A stretch of DNA of 63,022 nucleotides, counting the filler, from Octopus bimaculoides (taxonomy: Eukaryota), in the NCBI RefSeq assembly GCF_001194135.2. It is 10 parts of 10 records of this genome, joined end to end, with 100 filler letters (N's around TTAATTAATTAA, not from the genome) between each part and the next. Parts side by side here need not be neighbours in the genome. Positions count along the whole stretch, not along the records: positions 1 to 22,880 come from NC_068999.1; positions 22,981 to 44,392 come from NC_068985.1; 8 more parts are not named here. One strand, 5' to 3'. Positions within the stretch are counted from its first letter, which is position 1. Each line of letters begins with the position of its first letter. This document shows positions 15,480 to 27,715 of this stretch, piece by piece. Under the pieces are notes generated by a model, which worked only from the letters and a program-made list of their open reading frames with translations, searched no databases and was not told where the DNA came from. The translations under genes were made by a program, and so were the position numbers.

Positions 15480-16000
15480 ATGTAAAGTGTGGCTATATAG
15501 ACACAGTGTGTAGAGGAAGACGTTGTATATATAGATACAGTGTGTAGATGGCGACTGGAGAGATACACGACATAGATGTTGACGAGAAAGATAGACATAA
15601 TGTGTAAATGATGATTAGATAAACACTGTGTAGATGGCAACCGGATAGACAGACACTGTAGGTAGATGTTGACTGGAGAGATAGACACAATCTATAGATG
15701 TTGAGTGAATAGGCACAGTGTATACGAGGAGGTGCTGATAAGTTCCTGGTTGAAAGACCTGGTTGGAGGCCCAACCTTTCGAGTTCTTTAACAGGATTTA
15801 GAAAAACGGAAGGACCGCTGAAATAAGTGTGTGAATCTGAGAGGGGAATATGTGGAAGGGAATCATAACTGATTCTCCAGCATTTTCTCTTACCCAGAGC
15901 CGGGAACTTTTCAACACCCTCTTGTATATTGTTGATTGGATAGATAGACACAATGCGTAGATGTTGACTGGATAGATAAACATAATGTATATATAAAGAC
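15480..16000. repeat. Degenerate ~30-32-bp minisatellite (tagatgttgactggatagatagacacaatgtg), split by the mariner MITE
   Basis: tagatg(t/g)(t/c)gac units repeat on both sides of 15723-15926. Confidence 0.75.
15723..15926 (+). mobile_element. Mariner internal-deletion derivative (MITE) with TA target duplication
   Basis: TIRs tacgaggaggtgctgataagttcctgg and ccgggaacttttcaacaccctcttgta. The interior reads DLEKRKDR*NKCVNLRGEYVE, the typical mariner transposase C-terminus (RWxKCxxxxGxYVE). Confidence 0.85.
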
Positions 16001-16430
16001 ATTTATACTTCGGACGCCTTTTCTTCCTGGGACTCTGTGGAGATCGCTGGTGAAACTGATGTTTAAGTCGAGAAGAATTTATCCTGATCTCATACTCAAG
16101 CTGCTTCATCCTGCTATCGGCTGCCAACTGATTAAGCATAAGAGCCTTAATCTTCTTCGTGCTTCCAGGTTGTTGACAGAGTCTCTGGAGGAAATGTGAT
16201 GTATCTTACACAAACATCTTTGCGGGAAGTTGTTCAATTCCTTCTCTCAGAGGCCATCATTCTCTGGTCTTAGTCAGAGGCCATCACTCACGGCCATTCA
16301 GAAGCTTAGAGAAGATAAAACTTGACAAAAGATGGATTTTGATCCTCTTACTCATCTTGTCAGCTTTCCAGATTCTGCTTAATTTAAGAAAATCACCATT
16401 TATAAACCACTACAATGTCCAGCATTTGCG
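16000..16430 (-). mobile_element. Old RTE/L2-like LINE fragment (post-RT region)
   Basis: Minus strand reads RIWKADKMSKRIKIHLLSSFIFSKLLNGRE*WPLT...ELNNFPQRCLCKIHHISSRDSVNN...PRKKRRPKYK, a degenerate version of the LINE LLYGxETW / RCLRRIL / GRPKxRYKD motifs. Confidence 0.7.
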
Positions 16431-16847
16431 TGCTTGTGTACCTCAAAGACCCTGAGAGCTATTCCAGCGGAGGACAAGCTCTTGGTATGGCTCTGAACAG
16501 GTCAAAGGAGAGAGGTCACGCTATGGACCACCTCTTTCCAAAGATAGAAGTGAGTTTTCATAGGGCCAACATCCCTATTTACAAAAGGAAAAGTTACAAA
16601 AGTATTGATGACCAACAAGGAAAATCTTTCTTTAGGGAAAGGAAAACTTCCCTTAGGGAAACATATGACGCAGTGCTGCAAAATCCGAAAGGAAATTACG
16701 AAGATGAAAAAGTAAGAATTTAACTGGAGAGAAACATAAAAGACAATAAAGAATCTGAGAACATTGGAGTGACGTCATCGATGTCCTGTGCTTTATTGGA
16801 AGTGAAGGGCTTAATTATAATGGTTATGATTTAGATTCTTACGTTGG

Positions 16848-17014
16848 TTTTAAATTTTGGCACAGGGTCAGAAATTTTGGGAGAGGGTGCTGGTTGATTA
16901 TATCAACCTCAGTACTCCATTGGTACGTATTATATTGACCCCGAAAGGATGAAAGACAAAGTCGACCTCGGCAGAATTTGAACTCAGAACGTAAAGACGG
17001 ACTAAGTGTCGCTA
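16848..17014 (-). mobile_element. SINE family A
   Basis: ccccgaaaggatgaaagacaaagtcgacctcggcagaatttgaactcagaacgtaa matches the family A core. Confidence 0.85.
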
Positions 17015-17520
17015 TTATACATGTATACACATGTATAATATTTTAAAACAGTGGGATGTGATTGGATTGAGATTTGGCTGCTGTTTCTAGCAGGTGAAGA
17101 AACTACATAGAGGCTCTCTCGTTGACTCACCTCTTTTCTCTATGCAGTAATATATGTATGTGTGTACGTGTATAGTATGTGTGTGCGATGTGCGTTTGTG
17201 TTAACATTTGTGCGTGTATATGTATGTGCGTATGTATGTGTATGCGTGAGTGTTTGCGTGTGTGTTTGCGTTTGTGTCTGTCTATATTTATTCTACAATT
17301 TTCAGAAGAATCCTTACATATTTCCAAGTGTATCGCCCTTCAAAGTCATTGATTCAGTGAAACAAAATGGCGCTATTTTTAGATCGTCTGCTACAGATAT
17401 TTTCATGAAATAAACGAAAAGTAATGGCGTCGCTATATTTGCATTACTTCGCTCACAGATAACTAATGGTTGACGACATATCTGATAAACATTGTATTAC
17501 GTGTTTTATTTTATCCACCC

Positions 17521-17583
<63 letters not shown>

Positions 17584-17898
17584 AGCCAATCTATATGTAT
17601 CTCGATTAACCTATAGATCCTTGTATCTATCGATCTACTGTCCTACTAACATGGAAAGAAATCACTATGATAATGTTCTCACCTTTTTTAGTTATGTGGC
17701 TTTGTCTGTCCTTGACCAGAGCAGAAACGCTTCCTTGTTTCCCTTAGCAATGGAGGTGAGATCACACAGAATTGCAACGTCTGGCTGATGGTGTGACAGG
17801 ATCAAATAACAACAAATATGACGTCATTTTGTCTTATGGCCTCTTTCTTCAGGGCTTCTAGCACTGTTCGTAGTAAAGGACGAAGGGACCTCAAAATA

Positions 17899-17972
17899 GG
17901 GGCCTGGCAGAAACGTTAGCACGCGGGCGAAATGCTTAGCGGTATTTCGTCTGTCTTTATATTCTGAGTTAA
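17899..17972 (+). mobile_element. SINE family A, head only
   Basis: ctggcagaaacgttagcacgcgggcgaaatgcttagcggtatttcgtctgtctttatattctgagtt. Confidence 0.8.
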
Positions 17973-18127
17973 TAATTTTTTCCTATGTATGGAGACTTTT
18001 GAATCACCCTGTGTATATAGAAAAACAAAAGACGAAGACAGGTGTATAAACAACAAACAGGTGTATTAGTTTAACACTCGGGAAAGTGAGAAAGTTTTTT
18101 ACGTTACACACAGAGAGAATATAGGTT

Positions 18128-18245
18128 TCGGTCGGCCCGAGGGTATAGTAGAAGACACTTGCCCAAGTTGCCACACAGTGGGACTGAACCAGGAACCATG
18201 TGGCTGGTAAGCAAGCTTCTTACCACACAGCCACGCCTGCGCCTA
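18128..18245 (-). mobile_element. SINE family C
   Basis: Reverse complement of the 30372 head: aaccatgtggctggtaagcaagcttcttaccacacagccacgcctgcgccta. Confidence 0.88.
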
Positions 18246-18732
18246 TTATGTTGTTATTGATTTTACACGCATACATAAACACATTGATACACAAATATAC
18301 GTTATTCAGATAAACAGACACACAAGCTCACACACACACACAAAGACACATACACACACGCTCGCGCGCACACACGCAACTGTACACCCAGACTCAAATT
18401 TACACGATCACACATACGCAAACACGTAGACATGCGCAGTCATACACACGTACACATATACGCTGACGAACGCAGTGAAAACAGACACACAAACACAGAC
18501 GTATATACACGTATCGTATACACACATACAAACACACACTGGAGCATAGACACACGCATGCAAATATACACACAAATCTACTTTCAAACAACTTCGATAA
18601 AACTCATGTGTGACTGACTGTCTGTCTGTCAGTCTGTCTACCGCCTCCTCTCCCTCTCTCTATGTATATATTTCTCTCTCTCTGTATACACACATACACA
18701 TACACACACGTATACATATCAATACATACATG

Positions 18733-18803
<71 letters not shown>

Positions 18804-18861
18804 AGAGATAGAGATAGATAGCTAGGTAGGTAGGTAGATAGATAGATATAGGTAGATAGAT

Positions 18862-18921
<60 letters not shown>

Positions 18922-19369
18922 ATAGACAGATAGACAGGTAGACAGATAGATAGATAGACAGACAGACAGATAAATGCTGCACAATGAAATAGATTAAATT
19001 TACACGTATTTATTAAAAAAATGCTTCGATGCAAATAGATTCTCTTGCTAGATTCTGCCATCAGATATCATATTTCTATAATTCGAAATATTATTTCAAT
19101 GTCTAAATTCGGCCATATTGGATTTAAATTCATTTGCCTTTTAGAGTGGGTGTAGGGTTACGCCACAGGTTCTAATCTATCTAGCGACTCCTATTTCCTC
19201 GTGGGATCGATGTCTTTACAAATTAAGAATCATATTGACTGTTTTCGAGTTATATTTCGGTGTAAAGAACACAAGAGAAATGTTCCATCTAAAGTCTATC
19301 TTTCTTCATTTGATCTGTGACTCCTCTCCACTAACTCTTCATATTAGCAATTCAGATGCTACTTGTGTA

Positions 19370-19443
<74 letters not shown>

Positions 19444-19474
19444 GTATGTGTGTGTACGTGTGCAGGTGTGATTC

Positions 19475-19594
19475 TACAGGGTGTCCACAAAGTCTGGGTA
19501 CATGGAGTAAATAAAACAAACAATTAAATATAAGAAATAATTTCTTAAAGTATGTGTTAATCCTCATGTACCCAGACTTTGTGGACACCCTGTA
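19475..19594. mobile_element. 120-bp Tc1/mariner-type MITE with perfect 30-bp TIR (including TA)
   Basis: tacagggtgtccacaaagtctgggtacatg (19475-19504) is the exact reverse complement of catgtacccagactttgtggacaccctgta (19565-19594). Confidence 0.92.
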
Positions 19595-19774
19595 TGTATG
19601 TATTTGGTTGTATGTGATTGTGTGCGTGTGTGCTCCGATCCGTGTGTATGTGTGCGTGTTCCTGCGCGTTCATGTGTGTGTGTATGTGCGTTTTCCTGCG
19701 TGTGCATGTGTATGTATGTGTGCGTGTGTGCATGTGTGCGTGTGTAATTGTTTGTGTGTGTATATAAAGGTATA

Positions 19775-19815
<41 letters not shown>

Positions 19816-20149
19816 NNNNNNNNNNNNNNNNNNNNNNNNNNNNNNNNNNNNNNNNNNNNNNNNNNNNNNNNNNNNNNNNNNNNNNNNNNNNNNNNNNNNN
19901 NNNNNNNNNNNNNNNNNNNNNNNNNNNNNNNNNNNNNNNNNNNNNNNNNNNNNNNNNNNNNNNNNNNNNNNNNNNNNNNNNNNNNNNNNNNNNNNNNNNN
20001 NNNNNNNNNNNNNNNNNNNNNNNNNNNNNNNNNNNNNNNNNNNNNNNNNNNNNNNNNNNNNNNNNNNNNNNNNNNNNNNNNNNNNNNNNNNNNNNNNNNN
20101 NNNNNNNNNNNNNNNNNNNNNNNNNNNNNNNNNNNNNNNNNNNNATATA

Positions 20150-20905
20150 TATGCGCTTCTATGTGTGCATGTATGTGTAAGCGTGTGACTGTGTGTGCGA
20201 GCGGGGAGGGCATGTGCCTGTGTTTGGGTGTGTATGTGTGTGTATGTGTGCGTATATCTGTGTGTAGGTGTGTATGCGTGTGTATGTGAATGTGTATGCG
20301 TGTGAGTATGTGAAGACGTGTGCCTGTGTGTGCTTGTAGATGTAAGCGTGTGTGCGCCCGTGTGTGTGTGTGCGCCTCTGTGTGTGTGTGTGCGTAGGTG
20401 TATATGTGTGCTTCTGTGTAATCGTCTTCTTGCGTATGCGTGATTGGAATTTAGAATTATGCGAAGATTTTGAACAGAGATTATACATACACACGTGCGC
20501 ACATACACACGCAATACATACACACATACACACACACACACATCCACGCACACACACAAACACATGTAAATACATGCATATGCATACACACACCGATTCA
20601 CGTAAATGTGTGTGTGCATATATGCATGCGTATGTATATGTACGTATGTGTGTGGGTGTGTATGTGCATGTGTATGTGTGTCTTGGTGGGTGTGTATGTG
20701 GATGTCTTCGTGTGTATGTGTGTCTGTGTATGTGTGTCTGTGTATGTGTGTGTGTTTATGCGTGTATATGTGTGTATGTGGGTGTGTTTGCATGTGTATG
20801 TGTGTATGTGTGTGGGTGTGGGTCTGTATGCGTGTGTATGTGTATGTCTGTGTGTGTGGGGGTGTGAGTGTGGGTGGGTATATGTGTGTGTGTGTGTGTG
20901 TGTGC
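20150..20905. repeat. Long degenerate (TG/TATG)n cryptic microsatellite with an inverted (CA)-rich segment at ~20480-20600
   Basis: Directly visible. Confidence 0.9.
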
Positions 20906-21014
20906 AGTTGACACATTCCGATGATAAGCAGCTCTGCATAAACAGATCCAAATGTTTTGTTCGATGCACCGTTTGCTGGCGTTGATAGTTTTTAACGCAA
21001 CAAGATGAAAGGAA

Positions 21015-21052
<38 letters not shown>

Positions 21053-22610
21053 AATGGGAGCCATTAGACCTGGTTATGTAATCCACTTCACACACACACA
21101 CACACACACAAACACACAAACACGCAAATACACACACACGTATACACATATGCCGACATATATGTATATATGTATATATAAATATATATATNNNNNNNNN
21201 NNNNNNNNNNNNNNNNNNNNNNNNNNNNNNNNNNNNNNNNNNNNNNNNNNNNNNNNNNNNNNNNNNNNNNNNNNNNNNNNNNNNNNNNNNNNNNNNNNNN
21301 NNNNNNNNNNNNNNNNNNNNNNNNNNNNNNNNNNNNNNNNNNNNNNNNNNNNNNNNNNNNNNNNNNNNNNNNNNNNNNNNNNNNNNNNNNNNNNNNNNNN
21401 NNNNNNNNNNNNNNNNNNNNNNNNNNNNNNNNNNNNNNNNNNNNNNNNNNNNNNNNNNNNNNNNNNNNNNNNNNNNNNNNNNNNNNNNNNNNNNNNNNNN
21501 NNNNNNNNNNNNNNNNNNNNNNNNNNNNNNNNNNNNNNNNNNNNNNNNNNNNNNNNNNNNNNNNNNNNNNNNNNNNNNNNNNNNNNNNNNNNNNNNNNNA
21601 TATATATATATATATATATATACATACATACGCTATCAACACATCACGTGACCGTTTCTACTGTTGCTGCTGCTGCTGCTGCTGTTGCCGCCGGCACCGT
21701 TGTCACTGCTGCTAATACTTCTGTTGCCGCTGCTGCCGCCGCACGCTGCTGCTTTCTATTGTAAGAATATCGACTCAGACAAGAGAACAGCGAGTAAATT
21801 CCAAATAATCGAATGAAAGAAAGAAAGAGGAAAACGGGAGATTCTGAGATTCTGCTTCGCTCATCAGATAACAGTAAACGACCGTTTTTGAGTAGAGGGG
21901 AAACAAGCTGGGGTTTGGAAAAGCATAGTGAGGGCTTGTCGAAACCTTCGGTTAAGAAATCCCTCGTTTGAATGAAATTTAAAGAAGGCCTTTACGCTCT
22001 CCTTTCGGAATTGTTTTCTTGTCTGCTTCTTACGATGTACGAAATAATCTAAATTTTCCGAAGAAGACTCGTGATGCACTGAGATGATAAACAATGTTAC
22101 GTCATAATTATGGGTCCTTCGCTCCTTGGTACGGTCAAGGGGTGCTATCGTGCGATACGGTATGTCTTGAGAATTTTAGACACACAACGAACCACACACA
22201 CACAAACACTCGCACACACATACATACACACACGTACACACGACATTAGGAAATATGCCACAAATGTCTTGTACACGATACACGAAGGACAAATAGTTAA
22301 GGACAGTCTATCGTACTCGATGTTGTGGGTCGAAAATGATTTCTAGTGTATTGAAATTATAATCGCAATGTAAAAGAAAATCTTGAGCGTTAATGAAAAT
22401 CACTCTCAGAATAGAAATGGGAGAGAACTCTGTGATCTCAGTGACCCTAAAAAAATAAAATGGAGAGATAACAAGTTTGTGAGCTGGATGAATCTGACCC
22501 TGGATTATGTAGTGTGATACATTTGGGTCTTATTTGGCCTCCTCCGTGAAACATAGTACACTAACACACATAATATGTATATCTTTCTATCTATGTCTAT
22601 CTGCCTGTCT

Positions 22611-22715
<105 letters not shown>

Positions 22716-22880
22716 TGCATGCGCTTTCGCTGCTTACAGTTTTTCCAACACAAGTATTATGAGGTAATCTGTACAGATGATATTCCTTTTTAGTGGTATT
22801 GTTGACTATTTCCGATTTAGTTTCGGATTTAGAATATTTGTAAAGTTTACTTTTATAGCCTTTGGTAGTTTATCATATGT

Positions 22881-22980
22881 NNNNNNNNNNNNNNNNNNNN
22901 NNNNNNNNNNNNNNNNNNNNNNNNTTAATTAATTAANNNNNNNNNNNNNNNNNNNNNNNNNNNNNNNNNNNNNNNNNNNN
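22881..22980. other. Artificial scaffold linker 44N-TTAATTAATTAA-44N (first of nine)
   Basis: The same 12-mer with six-frame stops sits inside N runs at 22925, 44437, 48916, 50237, 51503, 52797, 54377, 56610 and 60670. Confidence 0.97.
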
Positions 22981-23240
22981 GAGAGAGAGAGAGAAAAGAA
23001 AGAGAGACAGTAAAAATGAAGACAGAATGGGAGAAAGAAAGGAAGAAAGAATCTTTTATCTCGATACTGGAGTCGTGTTTCAGTTACCCTAAATGTAAAA
23101 CGGCGAAGTAGAACCTGGACACAATATGATCTTAGAAAGCACAATGCCGGAACAAAAGTCAGAATATTCTTCGAATTCATTTTGCATATATGTATGCGTA
23201 TGCATGTGTATGTGTGTATTTATATATGCATTATATACAT

Positions 23241-23288
23241 TTGCGAATATGACATAATTGCGAATATGACATAATTGCGAATATGACA
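23241..23288. repeat. 17-bp tandem repeat x2.8 (ttgcgaatatgacataa)
   Basis: Exact copies at 23241, 23258 and 23275 (partial). Confidence 0.9.
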
Positions 23289-23359
23289 AAATGATGTATT
23301 TATATACGCGCATAACTACACACAGACAGACACGTAGATATAGTTGAAATTTATTAAAA

Positions 23360-23495
23360 GAACAAAACCAAAACAAAAGACAAAGACAGGTGTATGAACA
23401 ACAAGCAAGTGTTATTAGTTTGACGCTCGAGAAAAATGAAAATGTCTTTTACGTTTCGAACCTACGCTCTTCAACACAAAGGAATAAGAGAAGTA
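23360..23495 (-). mobile_element. Penelope-like terminal-repeat fragment (partial second copy at ~18020-18110)
   Basis: aagacaggtgtat.aacaac.a.ca.gtg.tattagttt.ac.ctcg.gaaa is shared between the two copies. This copy contains gaagagcgtaggttcgaaacgt on the minus strand, a hammerhead-like motif typical of PLE repeats. Confidence 0.5.
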
Positions 23496-23779
23496 CATAA
23501 ATACATACATGCATACATACGTATGTATTTAGGTATGCATTATATGCATGCATGTATGTCGTGAAGGCAGCATGTTCTTTGTCTATCTCCTTACCTTTTC
23601 GGAGATTTTAGGTAGAATTATACTAATGTGTCCATCTATTTTAATTTAATTAAAGTCTATGTCTTTATGCAGCTGAGGATTGCTCTGCATTTAGATTGAT
23701 GCAATGATTGCATTGTTCAATTTAATGGAGTTGCTTGAAACGATTGTACTGCATTACCTCTGGATATCTTTGTTGCTTA

Positions 23780-23854
<75 letters not shown>

Positions 23855-24298
23855 ACAGAGACTCAAACGCACAAGTACACACGCACGCACATATGCACCC
23901 GATCTGCACACACAAACAAACAACTACTTAGAGAATAACTGATGGACGTGTATCAGGATATTCATCAAAGTCATCGTATATACATGTGTATAATCTTTGC
24001 ATGTGTTTGTTTGTGTGTGTGTTTGTTTGTGGGTGCACAAGCAAAAACATACATAGCACTTTAAACAATTCGGGCCGAACCAACAGCAACAAGAAGAGCA
24101 ACACACTCAAAATCAAGAGTAAACATAAGCTATAATTTCAAGGTAATAATGTATTTTCTTTCTTTACAACGGCAAATACGATTTTGACAACACCACTTTC
24201 CCGCTTCTATGTAATTAGTTATCTAGCTGGCTGATATAAAGAATATTCTTGGATAGTTGAGGACATCAGCTGAAACAGAAGGAGGAGAACAAGAAAGA

Positions 24299-24392
<94 letters not shown>

Positions 24393-25712
24393 GAGAGAGA
24401 AGGAGAGAGAGAGATTGCAATATAGAGGTTTCAGATATTTGTCACCCCTTCCGTTTTCGTATTTGGTTTTGCCGGCAAAATGTACAACATATTCATACGT
24501 GTTGGCGTCTGGTGGGTCCGTAACTACGTGATGGGAACGCTTACAGGAGCACGGGTTGTTTTGTGAGAACCCCGCACACGTAGATAAGACGTGTGTATAA
24601 GAGTGTGCGTATGTGTGTGTGTGTACAAAGTTCAGGTAAATAACCTTCCTTCAACACTGGTGCATGCTGAATGCTGGTTTGATTTATTCTGTTCTACTGG
24701 ATGGACCATCGTCCCTACCGCTGCCACCCCCCACTGCCCCCCACCACCACCACTGCCACCACCACCACCACCACCNNNNNNNNNNNNNNNNNNNNNNNNN
24801 NNNNNNNNNNNNNNNNNNNNNNNNNNNNNNNNNNNNNNNNNNNNNNNNNNNNNNNNNNNNNNNNNNNNNNNNNNNNNNNNNNNNNNNNNNNNNNNNNNNN
24901 NNNNNNNNNNNNNNNNNNNNNNNNNNNNNNNNNNNNNNNNNNNNNNNNNNNNNNNNNNNNNNNNNNNNNNNNNNNNNNNNNNNNNNNNNNNNNNNNNNNN
25001 NNNNNNNNNNNNNNNNNNNNNNNNNNNNNNNNNNNNNNNNNNNNNNNNNNNNNNNNNNNNNNNNNNNNNNNNNNNNNNNNNNNNNNNNNNNNNNNNNNNN
25101 NNNNNNNNNNNNNNNNNNNNNNNNNNNNNNNNNNNNNNNNNNNNNNNNNNNNNNNNNNNNNNNNNNNNNNNNNNNNNNNNNNNNNNNNNNNNNNNNNNNN
25201 NNNNNNNNNNNNNNNNNNNNNNNNNNNNNNNNNNNNNNNNNNNNNNNNNNNNNNNNNNNNNNNNNNNNNNNNNNNNNNNNNNNNNNNNNNNNNNNNNNNN
25301 NNNNNNNNNNNNNNNNNNNNNNNNNNNNNNNNNNNNNNNNNNNNNNNNNNNNNNNNNNNNNNNNNNNNNNNNNNNNNNNNNNNNNNNNNNNNNNNNNNNN
25401 NNNNNNNNNNNNNNNNNNNNNNNNNNNNNNNNNNNNNNNNNNNNNNNNNNNNNNNNNNNNNNNNNNNNNNNNNNNNNNNNNNNNNNNNNNNNNNNNNNNN
25501 NNNNNNNNNNNNNNNNNNNNNNNNNNNNNNNNNNNNNNNNNNNNNNNNNNNNNNNNNNNNNNNNNNNNNNNNNNNNNNNNNNNNNNNNNNNNNNNNNNNN
25601 NNNNNNNNNNNNNNNNNNNNNNNNNNNNNNNNNNNNNNNNNNNNNNNNNNNNNNNNNNNNNNNNNNNNNNNNNNNNNNNNNNNNNNNNNNNNNNNNNNNN
25701 NNNNNNNNNNNN

Positions 25713-25762
<50 letters not shown>

Positions 25763-26266
25763 CGTGCGCGCATGTATAGGTTTCTAAGTGGAATAATATG
25801 CATCTTAAAATAAATAGATATAATGCATGAACTGGTTTTCCATTAAGTTTGAAGTGTTGCTCTATAATATATTTTATATGTTTTATACAGACATACATAC
25901 ATATATTACATTATATTATACATGTTATATTATATTATATTATATTGTATATAATAGAGGGGTATTAGAACGGATTTGTTTCTTTGACTGAATTAGTGCG
26001 AGTACTGCCATCAATGTAACAACCACCAATGGTAGGCAGCAGGGCTTAAGGTTTATGTCATAATAAGGAAGTGATATCACCTCTTGTTAACAGCAATTCC
26101 AGGAATGCTATTGTTGTTGATCCACTCACCGTTATCATGGCCGCTTGTACTAATAAACTGGACCCGTACACTAAATACGATTACGCAGCTAAATTGTTAG
26201 TTGTATGCATACATATGGGCATACATGCACTTACATATATGCATACATATATGCATACATATATAT

Positions 26267-26298
<32 letters not shown>

Positions 26299-26329
26299 GT
26301 GTACATATGTATGTATATATATATGTATG

Positions 26330-26396
<67 letters not shown>

Positions 26397-26480
26397 GTAA
26401 ACATATATATATACACACACACACTCACATTCACACAAACACAACGAAGCCGCCTTATCAGTTTAATAAATAATAATGAA

Positions 26481-26689
26481 TTCCTATTTTGGCGCAAGGC
26501 CAGCAATTTATGGCTAGAGGATAAGACGATTACATCGATGCCAGTGCTTAACTGTACTTTTATTTATTGATCCCGAGAGGATGAAAAGCAATGTCGACCT
26601 CAGCAGAATTTGAACTCAAAACGTTAAGATGGACGAAATGCCGCTAAGCACTTAGTCTGTCGAGTTAAAGTGTCTGCCAACTGGCCTCC
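26481..26689 (-). mobile_element. SINE family A
   Basis: gatcccgagaggatgaaaagcaatgtcgacctcagcagaatttgaactcaaaacg core, with a ggcgcaaggccagcaatt tail. Confidence 0.85.
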
Positions 26690-26699
26690 TTGATGATGA

Positions 26700-27290
26700 T
26701 GATGAGGATTATAATAAGGATTTCATTTGTTAGCCACAAGGGCGAAGGATGAGGGGGACAATACAAAGACAGATATAGAGTATGGTGGGGCTACATATAA
26801 TGAAATGATAAAAAAAGAAAAGAAAAGAAGTATACACGGTGTACACTGAAAAAGAAGGGACATATGCATAGCACACAAAGGTTAAAAAACGAAAATTCAG
26901 CGTGGTGCAGAATGTAACAAGGTTGGCCTCTGAAATACAGGTACTACTCATGTTTGCCAACTGAGTGGTCAGGAGTAACGTGAAATATCCTCTATGGATA
27001 ATCGAGGAACCCCACTGTCCGTGGTTTCCCAGAACACCAAGAGTAGGTGCCCTCTCTAATTCCTTCCCTCCGATTTTCAGGTCTGCACCGAGAGAGGTAC
27101 TATTCACTCTTGCTGTTTTCACAACTTTGACCCACTTTCAATAAACTCACTCGAGGACTGTACTTCTACCACAGAGGAATGTATATGTCCTCATGTCTTT
27201 CAGCCTTGTCCACCAAACATCTTTCGCCACAACCACAGCCTCCAGGCAAAGGTAAACTGCCTTGCCTGTCCGATTGAAGGAGAGCGGTTG
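26700..27290 (-). mobile_element. L1/Tx1-like LINE 3' fragment (same family), with a SINE piece inserted at ~26895-26985
   Basis: Minus strand reads AVYLCLEAVVVAKDVWWTRLKDMRTYTFLCG...KWVKVVKTARVNSTSL. The 3' end ccctcatccttcgccc..tggc is shared with the 49211 copy. Confidence 0.7.
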
Positions 27291-27404
27291 AGTATAATAA
27301 TAATGATAACAACAACAACAATTATTCAAATAACAATTCTATTGCTAATATGCAACTGTATCATGATCTGAGAATATTGCAAACCAGCACAATCCCAGCA
27401 ACTG

Positions 27405-27715
27405 GCACTCCGTCGGTTACGACAACTCGGGTTTCAGTTGATCCAATGAAAGAACATTCTGCTCCTGAAATTAACGTGCAAGTGGCTGAACGACCCACAG
27501 ACACGCATACCTTTAACGTAATTCTCCACAAAACTCAATGTGACACAGAATGTGACAAGGCTGACCTCTGAAGTACAGGTACCACTATGCTTGGCAACTG
27601 AGTGGACTGGAGTAACCTGAAATAAAGTGTCTTGCGCAACGCCCAGCCGGGAATCGAACTCACGACTTTGCTATCGTGAGCCGAACACTCTAACCAATAA
27701 GCCACGCGCCTTCAC
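27405..27715 (-). mobile_element. tRNA-derived SINE sharing the family B long tail but with a different head
   Basis: Head ggcgcgtggcttattggttagagtgttcggctcacgatagcaaagtcgtgagttcgattccc. The tail gccacttgcacgttaatttc...accgacggagtgcca matches 38700-38785. Confidence 0.85.

Noticed and set aside
16632-16660. Isolated TTAGGG hexamers (also ~36796 and ~48753)
   Set aside because: Single copies with no tandem telomeric array, so no link to the TERT exon.
22925-22936. Palindromic TTAATTAATTAA motif recurring nine times
   Set aside because: Always centred in exactly 100-bp N blocks; it is an artificial linker, not a biological site.
24217-24228. gttatctagctg, a 12-nt match to part of miR-9
   Set aside because: No seed region and no hairpin precursor; chance match.
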